This document shows positions 9,780-19,025 of a stretch of DNA of 64,000 nt, piece after piece. The translations under genes were made by a program, and so were the position numbers. Source of the stretch: a virus; UHGV virus genome UHGV-1364441; one strand, given 5' to 3'. The notes under the pieces are model-generated. The model did not search any database, was not told where the DNA came from, and was given only the letters and a program-made list of their open reading frames with translations. Within the stretch, counting starts at the first letter, position 1, and each line of letters begins with the position of its first letter.

Positions 9780-10567
9780 TCGATCACTCCGTTTTGAGTC
9801 GTATCAAAATTCCTGGCAGGTATGCAGTAGTAAAGCGAACCAACATGCTGTGTGCCGTAGCTAAAAATACGGTGCACGTACCACCAGCGGCGGGCTACGC
9901 CGTTTACCATCTCTTCATTCCATTCAAGAATTGACCCGACGGGGACGTTATTTGCTGCAATACGCAGAATCAGAACATCATCGGTTAAGCCATCCTGCTC
10001 ACCGTCTGCGTCAATCGCATGGAAAGAGTCACGCCCGTCCGGGTTATCCAGCACATAAACGATTTCAGGTTCCTGGTAAGTCAGTTCGCGCTGGTTGTTA
10101 TCCAGTTCAGTGAATGACTCTTCTCCTGTTTCGTCGCTGACTACCCCATATGTGCCAACATCTGGTCGATATAAGAGAGCCTGAAACGCGTCTGGGCTGG
10201 ATTCAATAATCAGCATCCAGTCTGCGCGGATTTGGTCGTTAAAGGCTTTATGCCCGTTATAGCGCGCTTTTAGCTGTGGAGTTGGTTCTCTGCCTGCCAG
10301 GGAAGGTGGAAGTATGGCTATATCTGATTCGCCAGCATCTGGAGTAAGGCCACCGTTGCTATCAGCAAAATTATCATGGCTATCAGCTTTGGCGGCGGGT
10401 TGCTCTTCCAGAATGCTGAATGAATCCGAACTGGTATTGCCATGTTCCGGCGCGCCTCCTGCATTCGCTTCAATCGGCGCTGGCGTTTCTCTCTGCGTGC
10501 TGTCATGTTCTGACCCCTTACTTGCCAGGTTTGCATCGTCAGAAAACCATTCGTCAAAACGGCCCAT
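9776..10567 (-). CDS. Hypothetical acidic protein
   Basis: Start set at MGRFDEWF (GAGGA 6 nt upstream) rather than track start 10690. Confidence 0.45.
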   Translation of the reverse strand: MGRFDEWFSDDANLASKGSEHDSTQRETPAPIEANAGGAPEHGNTSSDSFSILEEQPAAKADSHDNFADSNGGLTPDAGESDIAILPPSLAGREPTPQLKARYNGHKAFNDQIRADWMLIIESSPDAFQALLYRPDVGTYGVVSDETGEESFTELDNNQRELTYQEPEIVYVLDNPDGRDSFHAIDADGEQDGLTDDVLILRIAANNVPVGSILEWNEEMVNGVARRWWYVHRIFSYGTQHVGSLYYCIPARNFDTTQNGVIE

Positions 10568-10873
10568 AAGCATCCTCAAAGGTCGATTTATCAGGTATCG
10601 AGGGGCATTGTCTGGAGATTGTGATTTCACATGAACAAGCTCAAGTTGCACTTGCACTTGCGCATGGTGAATTGGGTTACAATTCATCACAAAGCCATCT
10701 TTTATGCTACATTTGCATTTTTTTATTGTTATTATATCATTATTCGTGTCTTAGGCTGATTGTTGTACTATTGCTTGTTGCGAAGTGAATTTGTGCATAA
10801 GTAACCAGTTGAGTAGAGAGACACGTCGCTCAGAGCGTGGAAAGTATTGAGTGCAATAGAGAGATAATACAAA

Positions 10874-11074
10874 ATGAGGAAGATTCTTTTGACATCAGAG
10901 GTCAAGACCTTGCTACGCATCAAGTCTGATCGGACCCTGACGAAGATGATTAATAGAGGCGAGTTCCCCAAAGGATTCCGTATCGGGCTGCGTCGCATTG
11001 GCTGGTATGAAGACGAGGTGCTAGCTTGGTTGAAAGAGCGTGAGGAAGAAGCTCGTGGCGGAGAGATGTCATAA
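10874..11074 (+). CDS. AlpA-family small HTH regulator / excisionase-like protein
   Basis: 66 aa, EVKTLLRIKSDRTLTKMINRGEFPKGFRIGLRRIGWYEDEVLAWL matches the AlpA pattern. Confidence 0.7.
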   Translation: MRKILLTSEVKTLLRIKSDRTLTKMINRGEFPKGFRIGLRRIGWYEDEVLAWLKEREEEARGGEMS

Positions 11075-11131
11075 TCTCCAACCAGAAGAACTGGAATGAG
11101 TTCATCCCCGCCCAGAAGGGCGGGGATGACG

Positions 11132-12334
11132 TTAAGTTTTAGCATTGTTCTTCACATATTCCACAAACATCTTTTCTGCTTGTGCTGGTGGCGTGCCCGT
11201 CATGATAAGAGCATCAATAAACGCCTGCTTCTTCAGTGCGAACTGATCAGCAAGGCGTTGCTGAAGTTCCTTGTTTTTCTGTTTCTCTCGTTGCAAAGCT
11301 GCTTCTTTTGCCTCCGCCCGTTTTTTCTGTGCGTCTGACAACTTTCTGGCCCTGGTCAGTTGGTCACGTAGCTTGTCGATCTTGCCGTTGTCCTTTGCCA
11401 GTTTTGTACTTAAAGCGGTCTGGCGCTTCTGATAGAGCCTCCATTCGCGCTTGGCGGCGTCAACGTTCGTTTTACTGCTACGATTGCGATTAAACTCCTT
11501 CTCGTCTTCTTTTGAGAAGTGTTTGGTTGTACGGCGCCGATCGTCACCAAATGCAATTTGCGTTGCGGCCTTTTGTAACGCACGAGCAATACTCATTTGC
11601 CAACTGGCGGACTGTAACCGCGTCATTGAGTGGATCACGTGTTTACAGGCGACGCCTTGTAGCTTAGGGTTACGAACTTTTGGATAGGCGTATTCTTTTG
11701 GCGGGGCCAGGGCAAAGTTACCCGCAGTAGCAATGTAACGATACCAGTATTGATGACGACCACAGTCACAATCGAAAGACACTCGCCCGGCGCACAGTGA
11801 TTTAGTGATTTTGAGAGCTGATTTATCGTCTTCTGCGATGTCATCAACCATCTGATCCCATTCTTCAAAGCGTATACGGACGATATGGTGCTGGTGGACG
11901 GATATATCCGATGCTTCTACGCGGATATTAATCACATTGTGGCGAAGAGATACGGGTGTAGCTCTTTTGATACCAGATCCGTCATCCACGGCGTTATTTG
12001 CACGCTTAATATCGATTGCCTGGCTGGATGCCACCAGCTGGGCGTATGTGATGCCAGCCGTCTTGCTGTCATATTTTTCGCGCGTTTTACTCCGTAGCTT
12101 TTCGAAACCTTTCAGGTCGTCTCGCGTGAAGAACGTGCCGCCTTTTTTCTTCCCTAACTTGAGAATATCTTCGGCGGATTTGTTCCTCAGTCTACCTGGC
12201 GTCAGCGTCCGGTGAGCTTGTCGGCGCTTACGGGTTTGTTCTTTCCTGATAAGCTCGAATAAACGCGTGAAGTCCTTAGAGGACAGGCCGTCAGTGATAT
12301 AGCGCCCGTCCTGGTTTTTCAGGAAATCAGGCAT
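11132..12334 (-). CDS. SWIM zinc-finger protein with basic coiled-coil C-terminus
   Basis: CDCGRH...CKH (CxCx(n)CxH) motif; K/R/E/Q-rich tail. Confidence 0.55.
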   Translation of the reverse strand: MPDFLKNQDGRYITDGLSSKDFTRLFELIRKEQTRKRRQAHRTLTPGRLRNKSAEDILKLGKKKGGTFFTRDDLKGFEKLRSKTREKYDSKTAGITYAQLVASSQAIDIKRANNAVDDGSGIKRATPVSLRHNVINIRVEASDISVHQHHIVRIRFEEWDQMVDDIAEDDKSALKITKSLCAGRVSFDCDCGRHQYWYRYIATAGNFALAPPKEYAYPKVRNPKLQGVACKHVIHSMTRLQSASWQMSIARALQKAATQIAFGDDRRRTTKHFSKEDEKEFNRNRSSKTNVDAAKREWRLYQKRQTALSTKLAKDNGKIDKLRDQLTRARKLSDAQKKRAEAKEAALQREKQKNKELQQRLADQFALKKQAFIDALIMTGTPPAQAEKMFVEYVKNNAKT

Positions 12335-12656
12335 TTTCTATCTCCGGTTCCGCGCTCGCGTAATCACGGATCTTGTTCCTCAGCCATGCGACATCAGGAA
12401 GAGTTAACGTGGTCCCGGCGGGCATTTCTTCCATTTCTGACTCATGGCCCACCAGCACCCGGAATACCCAGCGCAAATCTGCATTGCCATACGCCCTGTA
12501 GGCTGCAAGGTCTGAACGATATACTTCATCAATCTTTATCGTGTACTGGAAATTATCAGAGTGATACTCCGATACCCGCTTAATCATTTCCTGGTGAAAC
12601 AGCGCACGAAAAATATCGTCTTCAATGTACCTATCGTCGAGTCTGCTATAGCCCAT
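12327..12656 (-). CDS. Hypothetical protein (coupled upstream partner of the SWIM gene)
   Basis: 109-aa ORF overlapping the SWIM gene start by 8 nt. Confidence 0.45.
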   Translation of the reverse strand: MGYSRLDDRYIEDDIFRALFHQEMIKRVSEYHSDNFQYTIKIDEVYRSDLAAYRAYGNADLRWVFRVLVGHESEMEEMPAGTTLTLPDVAWLRNKIRDYASAEPEIENA

Positions 12657-12747
12657 AACAAAGCTCCTCAGTCATAACCTGGGGAAACTTTATGGAGGAT
12701 GTGAAATGCGAGAAAGCAGCGTCACCAGGGCGGGTGACGCTGTGAAA

Positions 12748-13041
12748 TTAAGCGTGGAAAAATAACGGGCGGATATTTGGGCGAGCGGTTTGTGAAGCGA
12801 CCCAAAGCTCATACTGGGATTGCATACCAGTCCACATCTCGGCACTGGTTCCCAGAGCAGATTCCAGACGAAGCGCCATATCAGCAGAAATCCCTGCTTT
12901 CTCGTTCAGAATCCGAGAAAGCGCCGTGCGAGTAATGCCTAATGCGGCAGCTGCATCTGTGACTGATATGTCTCCCAGATACTCACGAAGAACCGCGCCA
13001 GGATGCGCGGGATTATGCATACGACTCATAGTGTTCCTCAA
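12748..13041 (-). CDS. higA: HigA-like HTH antitoxin
   Basis: XRE-type HTH ([22 protein letters not shown]); ATGA overlap with the toxin gene stop. Confidence 0.75.
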   Translation of the reverse strand: MRNTMSRMHNPAHPGAVLREYLGDISVTDAAAALGITRTALSRILNEKAGISADMALRLESALGTSAEMWTGMQSQYELWVASQTARPNIRPLFFHA

Positions 13042-13319
13042 TGATAATCCTGATAGTCAACAAGAATTGCGTCTTCGCCTTCAAATCGGAAGGTAAGTCG
13101 CCAGTTACCGTTTACTGATATTGCCCAGTGACCTTTAAGGTCTGCCCCCTTTAGTGGGTGCAATTCCCATCCCGGCGCAGACATATCGTCCGGGCGTTTA
13201 GCTGCATTAAGAGCAGTCAATTGAATGCGTAGCTTAATCGCATGTTTAGCTTGAATGCCTGCTGTTGATCCTGTCTTGAAAAATCGTTCAAGCCCTTTAT
13301 GGCGAAATGACTTAATCAA
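13038..13319 (-). CDS. higB: HigB-like toxin (RelE/ParE superfamily)
   Basis: (M)[13 protein letters not shown] ... HPLKGD ... YQDYH; start proposed at in-frame TTG 13319 giving 93 aa. Confidence 0.7.
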   Translation of the reverse strand: MIKSFRHKGLERFFKTGSTAGIQAKHAIKLRIQLTALNAAKRPDDMSAPGWELHPLKGADLKGHWAISVNGNWRLTFRFEGEDAILVDYQDYH

Positions 13320-13655
13320 AATAACTTCATCCGTGCCTGTATCCTGTGTATACACAGTACACACGGAGAGGGCAAAGTGCAAGCACTATTCGGATGAACA
13401 GAGTTAGTTCGTTGTTCTGGAATTTATTGATTGTCAACAAGTGACTTTCATTAAACTTAAGGCATGGACCAGCTCGATAGTGAGCTGGTTGTTATCTACA
13501 GATCGAAGGGATTCGACAAGATGAATACTTTTAATAAGCTGATTGATTTATTGAATAAATTCATTAGCGCCTCTTTAACTAAGCAGGTGTCCACGTCAGT
13601 GTTTTTGTTACTCTTCTACCTGGTATTGCGGGAGTTAACAAAGCTACTGATGTGA

Positions 13656-14309
13656 TCAAAGTATCACTGTATCTTCATCAACTTCTTTCCCAGCCAGTGA
13701 ATTTGGCTGGGGACTGCCTGCTTTAACCTTTTCATGCCCAATAATGGACAGGAACGAAGCGAGGATGCCTGTTTTGTGCTCTTTCTCGACTGTACCTGTC
13801 ATCTGTTCCACGTAATCCGCACTGGCAACGTTGTGGTATACGGTCGCGTAGCAACACAGGATCATAAGAATATGTTCCGGCCTGATGTCCTGCCAGTTCA
13901 CCCGGTAGACTTCTTCTCCGTTACCGTTGTATTCGGTGTCAACGATGGAGTCGGGGATTTCGAAAGCACCTTTGTTATTTTGCGGCAGGGATAATAGCTT
14001 CTGGAGTTTTAGCTCTCTGTATCTTTCCATCCCGACGATGATCGCAGCTCTGCCGTCGGCATGACGTGTCTTGAGTGTTACCTGGCTTGCTCCGGTGCCA
14101 GCGGAGATCGTTGGCGTAATTTCGTCTACCAGCACCTTAAATTTGCTTTTCCGCAGGGCTGCTATAGCTGGAGGAATTTTTTGCTTTTGTTCCAATGCTG
14201 ACGCGGGAAGGGGTTTTACTTCGTTAATCACGAGAGCGCCGTCTTTCAGTATTGCAGTGAGCATTTGCGGTTTGCTGGTGGTCAGGCTGAATATTGCGAT
14301 CTTTTCCAT
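13656..14309 (-). CDS. Hypothetical protein
   Basis: Start at MEKIAIFSL with strong GGAGGAAGG RBS. Confidence 0.55.
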   Translation of the reverse strand: MEKIAIFSLTTSKPQMLTAILKDGALVINEVKPLPASALEQKQKIPPAIAALRKSKFKVLVDEITPTISAGTGASQVTLKTRHADGRAAIIVGMERYRELKLQKLLSLPQNNKGAFEIPDSIVDTEYNGNGEEVYRVNWQDIRPEHILMILCCYATVYHNVASADYVEQMTGTVEKEHKTGILASFLSIIGHEKVKAGSPQPNSLAGKEVDEDTVIL

Positions 14310-14334
14310 TGTCCTTCCTCCACGGATGACGGAT

Positions 14335-14360
14335 ACAAAAAAAGGCCGCACATGGCGGCC
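14335..14360 (-). terminator. Terminator-like hairpin plus T-run about 30 nt upstream of the 13656-14309 start
   Basis: GGCCGC-ACATG-GCGGCC followed on the minus strand by TTTTTT. Confidence 0.45.
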
Positions 14361-14577
14361 TGCTTTGGCGTTATGACTCCCTACCGCGCTTCGGCTGAAA
14401 GTTAATCGTCAAAAGAACCTTCAACGGGAGCCGTTAGCGCGATGGATTATGTGCAGTTTGTGATTTCCAGAATAGTGTCAACTACTTTTTTGTGGATTTT
14501 TTATTTGCCTGAAATTTGGCCTAAATCATGTTGATGTAGCTTGTTGTTTTTATAACATAAAACTTCATTTTGTTTAC

Positions 14578-15201
14578 ATGAAGGACGGTGTAGTGAAGTT
14601 AAGGGTTTTGGGGGCCGCGCTCGCGGCTATGCTGGGATGTGTATCTGTAAATACAGCCACTGCAACTGCGTTACCCGCACAATTCAGGGCAGGGAAGCAG
14701 GTTATGAATAATGCTGGCGGGGATCGTTCGCAGGCGGCGATATTGGACTTTTGCAAGAGGGAGGGCATCCCATTGCGGCCTGTTGGCACTCAGTTTGTTG
14801 GCAATTCTGACTTTTGCGTTTTTGCATATACAGCGTATCTGACTGATAAAGCTATAACAAAAACAGGTTATTCAACTAAAGATACTCTTGCCAGATTAAG
14901 TCAGGGATGGCAGCAATTCGAAGTGTATCGCCAGCAAGGATTAGGTGAGCTATTGCAGCCACTTTTTATGCTTGCCTTGGTGCCAGAAGGGCAGCAATTT
15001 TTGGTTAAAAAGAGAATGCTTCGCCAAAGCGATGTTGCCGGGTTCGATAGCATGATGGCTTATGAGCGCCAACTAACTGAGCAGCGCAATAAAAAACCAT
15101 CTGCATCATGTGTGCAAAGTAAAACAGCAGAATACAGTGCAGTGGCTGGTCCTTTAGCCAAACAAATGGCAGAGCAATGGTGTAAAAAGTACGGGCAATA
15201 A
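14578..15201 (+). CDS. Secreted or lipoprotein-like hypothetical protein
   Basis: N-terminal signal peptide (LRVLGAALAAMLGC...); true start may be the GTG near 14593. Confidence 0.5.
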   Translation: MKDGVVKLRVLGAALAAMLGCVSVNTATATALPAQFRAGKQVMNNAGGDRSQAAILDFCKREGIPLRPVGTQFVGNSDFCVFAYTAYLTDKAITKTGYSTKDTLARLSQGWQQFEVYRQQGLGELLQPLFMLALVPEGQQFLVKKRMLRQSDVAGFDSMMAYERQLTEQRNKKPSASCVQSKTAEYSAVAGPLAKQMAEQWCKKYGQ

Positions 15202-15221
15202 GTTACGTAGCGGAGGCAAAA

Positions 15222-15614
15222 TTGAAAAAATTAGCTATTGCTTTATTGGCTGCTTTTCCTTTGCTGGCAGACGCTGGGAATCTGCAAGTGAAATGCGGTC
15301 AGTTTGATATAAAAATCTATCCAAACGCTATATTTCTGAACGGGAATAAGGTCGATAACGCACATCGTAAAACTGAATCTGACGTAATGAGTTATGTGTT
15401 CCAGGAATATGCAGAGATGGGAGGCACTTATACGCTGTACTCGCTTGATGTTCCTTCTCGCGGTGATATGACATTATCCCATCAATGGCAGAATGCCGAT
15501 GGCGAAGCTCTGCGCGAGGTGAAGACAGAAAAATGTGGCACTTTCCATTCTTTTGAGGGTAAAGCGCCAAATGTTAAATCTGTGCTTGAAAAACAGCGTG
15601 CAGGTGAGTTTTAA
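15222..15614 (+). CDS. Secreted hypothetical protein
   Basis: Signal peptide MKKLAIALLAAFPLLADA; GGAGG RBS; TTG start. Confidence 0.6.
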   Translation: MKKLAIALLAAFPLLADAGNLQVKCGQFDIKIYPNAIFLNGNKVDNAHRKTESDVMSYVFQEYAEMGGTYTLYSLDVPSRGDMTLSHQWQNADGEALREVKTEKCGTFHSFEGKAPNVKSVLEKQRAGEF

Positions 15615-15671
15615 CCAGTATTAATTATGCCGCCCCACCTTATAGCGGAGTGGGGCGGATTGTTCCCATTG

Positions 15672-15839
15672 TTATTTTTTTCTTTTCATTTTCATGGATT
15701 GTTTACAGGCATAAGCCAACGCCTTAGCTTTCACTTCATCCAGTTTCCCTGTAATCACTTCTTTTCCGAGAGTGACAAACCAGTCATAGCAACCGCCAGT
15801 GATGTTCTGGATTTGATAATTCAGGTAGCGAACGGTCAT
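15672..15839 (-). CDS. Small protein, 55 aa (MTVRYLNYQIQNITGG...KRKK), not in ORF track
   Basis: Own translation; ATGA-coupled to an upstream 31-aa ORF. Confidence 0.4.
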   Translation of the reverse strand: MTVRYLNYQIQNITGGCYDWFVTLGKEVITGKLDEVKAKALAYACKQSMKMKRKK

Positions 15840-15931
15840 TTTGATACTCCCTCCAGTTTTGATGGGAGCAAAGAACGCAGGTTATTGCGTGAGTAGACGG
15901 TGAGTGATGGGAAAAGTTTGTAATTGTTCAT
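15836..15931 (-). CDS. Tiny ORF, 31 aa (MNNYKLFPSLTVYSRNNLRSLLPSKLEGVSK)
   Basis: Canonical AAGGAG 6 nt upstream; stop overlaps the next ATG. Confidence 0.3.
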   Translation of the reverse strand: MNNYKLFPSLTVYSRNNLRSLLPSKLEGVSK

Positions 15932-15979
15932 AGTGACTCCTTGCTTTCGAAGCCGTCACAGACTGTTCCACGGTCTGGT

Positions 15980-16046
15980 GGCGGCGCAATACAGGTTGGA
16001 ACACCGTGAGTCAACGGGGGCTTTTAGCCACCTGTATTGCGCTGCC
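15980..16046. repeat. 17-bp inverted repeat (GGCGGCGCAATACAGGT / ACCTGTATTGCGCTGCC, 1 mismatch) with 33-nt spacer
   Basis: Read directly; lies between the Ref-like gene and the small ORF pair. Confidence 0.4.
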
Positions 16047-16156
16047 ATAACTATGACATTGGCAATCATACGAAATCCTTGAGGATTTGTCTCGTTGCGT
16101 CGAGCGGTGAACCAATCTAATCAAAATGTACAATCAGTAAATTTCAAACTCAACAT

Positions 16157-16177
16157 AAAATGTTAGAAAATTAATTC
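16157..16177 (+). promoter_or_regulatory. Operator-like motif AAAATGTTAGAAAATTAATT overlapping the Ref-like gene stop
   Basis: Instance of the recurrent TGTTAGAAA motif. Confidence 0.5.
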
Positions 16178-16749
16178 ACCATTTCTTGCACCGTCTGATA
16201 GAGCGTCATCTCTTCGGCATTGTGCCGTATAAAATCTGCTTTCCCGCCTATTTTTCCATCAGCATGAACAGGAACCAACCAGGGATATTGTTCGCGGATC
16301 TCTGCTGGCGCTGCGTGCTGGTGGTGCCATTTACACAAAGGGAGAACGTATTTATGGGCATCTTTAGCCGTTCTGCCAAATATGTGGTGGAGAGATACGA
16401 CAGGGCTATGCTTCCCGTGAAGATGGCAGGCAATACAGGGGAGTTTGCCTATAGCGTCCTGTATCCGGCGCTCTTCTGCTGTGAGTGATCTCCCTTTTAA
16501 TCCGCGTGACGGGCGCGTTTTTTTGGGGAGGGCTGACGCCGCCCTCTCTCTTCTGCGCTGTTCACTTTGCCTCACTTTTTCAAGTTTCTTTTGACGATAT
16601 TCAGGCGATGCGGCTTTTTCCCTTGCGCGTTGCTGCTGGCGTTGAGCCTGCTGAAGACGTTTTGCCCTTTGCTCTTCCCGCCATTCCGGATCAGCCAGTT
16701 TTTGCATGGCTTTTTGTCTCTGTTTCTCCCAATAACTCTGTCTCTGCAT
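16171..16749 (-). CDS. Ref-like HNH endonuclease (P1 recombination enhancement function type)
   Basis: Highly basic, K/R/E/Q-rich N-terminal half; C-terminal Cys/His cluster (CIACHLHG ... HHIFGR ... LPLCKWHH). Confidence 0.6.
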   Translation of the reverse strand: MQRQSYWEKQRQKAMQKLADPEWREEQRAKRLQQAQRQQQRAREKAASPEYRQKKLEKVRQSEQRRRERAASALPKKTRPSRGLKGRSLTAEERRIQDAIGKLPCIACHLHGKHSPVVSLHHIFGRTAKDAHKYVLPLCKWHHQHAAPAEIREQYPWLVPVHADGKIGGKADFIRHNAEEMTLYQTVQEMVN

Positions 16750-16795
16750 GTTGGCTGCCTCTTACTTATCAGCGATTTTTTTATGATTGATCATC

Positions 16796-16830
16796 TTTGT
16801 TAGATATTCAAAATTGATTTTCTAACATAA
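16796..16830. promoter_or_regulatory. Operator-like inverted pair TTGTTAGA-N15-TCTAACA upstream of the Ref-like gene
   Basis: Read directly, 45-80 bp upstream of start 16749. Confidence 0.5.
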
Positions 16831-17022
16831 AACATTAATATCAGTCGCTGTTTACTGTTTGGAGGACATGATGCTTATAGCCTTAAGTGCGATCCACCAG
16901 CCACCTGTGAATGAGATCGGCCTGTTTTATGTGCTGTTTTTCGGCGCGTTGGCGCTACTTGAGCTTGGTATTGAGCTTTTTGCAGTGCTTATGTTTTGCG
17001 TCACGATGCTGGGGAAATTTTG

Positions 17023-17646
17023 ATGGTGAAACGTGTTTTGAAAATTTACATCGCGGGTCCGATGACTGGTTATCCAGATTACAACCGCGCGGCGTTTAAT
17101 GCGAAGGCGAGTGAGCTGACGGCTGAAGGGCATATCGTTCTGAATCCAGCGGTGTTACCTGGTGGCCTTTGTCAGAGTGAATACATGGATATTTGCCTGG
17201 CAATGGTGCGTTCTGCTGATGCTATCTATCTGCTTAAGGGCTGGGAAGCGTCCGCAGGAGCACGAGCAGAACACGCCCTGGCTGAAAAACTGGAGCTGAC
17301 GGTAATTTATGAAGCGCCATCTGACACAGATTGCAGAATGGCAGCGCATATTTACCGCGAACTGGTCGATGCGTTACGTGATGTTGCTATTGAATGTCAC
17401 GGCACGGATCAGCTTCGCGCTCGCTTAAGCAATACCCTTTCCAGTTACCTGTCTTTAGCCGAAGGATACAACCTCCGACAGCGGAGAATGGTCAAATTAA
17501 TCACGCGTTTATCTCAATCCCTGGCAAATGCCGAACCAACTAATCCGCTACCTAATGACGCAATGAATTATCTGAAGTCATGCGGCGTTGTTTCTGAAGA
17601 TGCAGTTCGTTTTGTGGAGTTTATGTCTCAGAGGATGTCGGCGTGA
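17023..17646 (+). CDS. DUF4406 / nucleoside 2-deoxyribosyltransferase-like protein
   Basis: KIYIAGPMTGYPDYNRAAF ... NPA ... AIYLLKGWEASAGARAEHALA pattern; ATG 17023 preferred over track TTG 16996. Confidence 0.65.
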   Translation: MVKRVLKIYIAGPMTGYPDYNRAAFNAKASELTAEGHIVLNPAVLPGGLCQSEYMDICLAMVRSADAIYLLKGWEASAGARAEHALAEKLELTVIYEAPSDTDCRMAAHIYRELVDALRDVAIECHGTDQLRARLSNTLSSYLSLAEGYNLRQRRMVKLITRLSQSLANAEPTNPLPNDAMNYLKSCGVVSEDAVRFVEFMSQRMSA

Positions 17647-17960
17647 GCTGGCGGGGATGGGGAAGGGCGGAAATCATGATACTCCGCCAGTGCGCCGGAA
17701 CTATGACAGTCGAGACTATTGGGAGACTGATCGGACGTACCGGTGGCGCAGTCAGGACTAAAGCGCGGCAACTGCGGATCAGCATGATTCTGAAAGGAGA
17801 CTTTCACCAGTCAGCCAAATACCGGCAGAGCGATATAGAACTGGCGCGGCAGCTTCATCAGTGTGGTGTTCCCCGCCGTGAGATCGCAGAAAAACTCGAA
17901 ATGCCCCTGGGAATGATTAATCAGTACGTTTATTTCGAAAGGAGAGTGCATGAAGTCTGA
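17643..17960 (+). CDS. Small HTH DNA-binding protein
   Basis: Two HTH-like segments; GTG start overlapping the upstream stop. Confidence 0.45.
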   Translation: MSWRGWGRAEIMILRQCAGTMTVETIGRLIGRTGGAVRTKARQLRISMILKGDFHQSAKYRQSDIELARQLHQCGVPRREIAEKLEMPLGMINQYVYFERRVHEV

Positions 17961-18312
17961 AGGTTTAACGCCCGCACAACTGGCAGAGCGTAACGCTGAA
18001 TTACCCAGGATTACCCAGGAAAAAGCCTTCCACATACTCGAACGATTAGAAACGCTCGCTACGGAGGAGAAGATATCCCCGGAGATGCTGGTCGAGTGCA
18101 GCCGTGTGATATTGCGTCGCAAGAACGACATCGCGCGGCTGACATCTGGCGCACCATCCGTATCAGCCAGTCCAACGCTTTATTGCAGCTTCTGCAACAA
18201 ATCCCAGCACACCGTTAAAAAGTTAATTGCCGGGGACAACGTTTTCATCTGCAACGAGTGCGTGAAAGATTGCAACAACATTATCCAGGAAGAGCAAAGG
18301 GAATCAGCATGA
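17950..18312 (+). CDS. Protein with C-terminal ClpX-type C4 zinc-finger domain
   Basis: [39 protein letters not shown] closely parallels the ClpX N-terminal zinc-binding domain; no AAA+ module follows. Confidence 0.65.
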   Translation: MKSEGLTPAQLAERNAELPRITQEKAFHILERLETLATEEKISPEMLVECSRVILRRKNDIARLTSGAPSVSASPTLYCSFCNKSQHTVKKLIAGDNVFICNECVKDCNNIIQEEQRESA

Positions 18313-19025
18313 AATTTTCCAAATTTTCTGAGTTGGTGAATCGTATTTTGTCCAACAACCACAGCCATCGTCGCGATATGGATGTAACGATCGTTGTTCA
18401 TTCGCCTGGCAGCATTGGTTCAACACCTTCAGTTGAGGTTCAGTCAATTCACGCTGGTTTTGATTGGGATTCCGGGAAAGTGCTGATTTTCCCAGCACAG
18501 CCACTGACCACGCTAACACCAGAACAGATTACTGATATCACGGATAGTGTGCGCAAAGGTCAGTCTTGGCACGCATATCAGGAATACAAGAAGCATAAAG
18601 AGCAGTTGGAAAAATTATCGATTGAACTTGATGCCGCAAAACAGCGCATTGCAGAACTGGAGAGCGAACGCGTGGTGCTGGCGGCGGAGAATGTGGAGCT
18701 GAAGTCTGTGCACCCTCAACCATTCGGAGCTGAGATGATGAAGGCTCTTGATGCGTATGAGAAGCATCAGGATGAAGTGCCAGAGACAGGAATGCTCAAT
18801 GCATTTTTCATCTTGCGCGACAGCATCCGTGTTGAAACCCCAGCCACCGACGCTTTCCTGGCTGAAGTGCGTGCGCAGGGGGTAGAGATGTACGCAGATA
18901 ACCTCGACAACGCAGCAGACGACGCAGAACGAGGTGGTTTTGATTATGCCGTTAAGTTTCTACGCAGTGAAGCGTCTGGTGTACGTTTGTTCGCCGACCA
19001 GCTTCGCAAAGGAGGCAACCAGTGA
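18309..19025 (+). CDS. Coiled-coil protein sharing a C-terminal [11 protein letters not shown] block with the 22301-22999 product
   Basis: Start at ATG 18309 (ATGA overlap with upstream stop). Confidence 0.5.
   Translation: MKFSKFSELVNRILSNNHSHRRDMDVTIVVHSPGSIGSTPSVEVQSIHAGFDWDSGKVLIFPAQPLTTLTPEQITDITDSVRKGQSWHAYQEYKKHKEQLEKLSIELDAAKQRIAELESERVVLAAENVELKSVHPQPFGAEMMKALDAYEKHQDEVPETGMLNAFFILRDSIRVETPATDAFLAEVRAQGVEMYADNLDNAADDAERGGFDYAVKFLRSEASGVRLFADQLRKGGNQ

Noticed and set aside
15630-15680. Hairpin CGCCCCA...TGGGGCG as a terminator for the 15222-15614 gene
   Set aside because: The T-run on the plus strand is about 17 nt from the stem and there is none on the minus strand; too weak to call.
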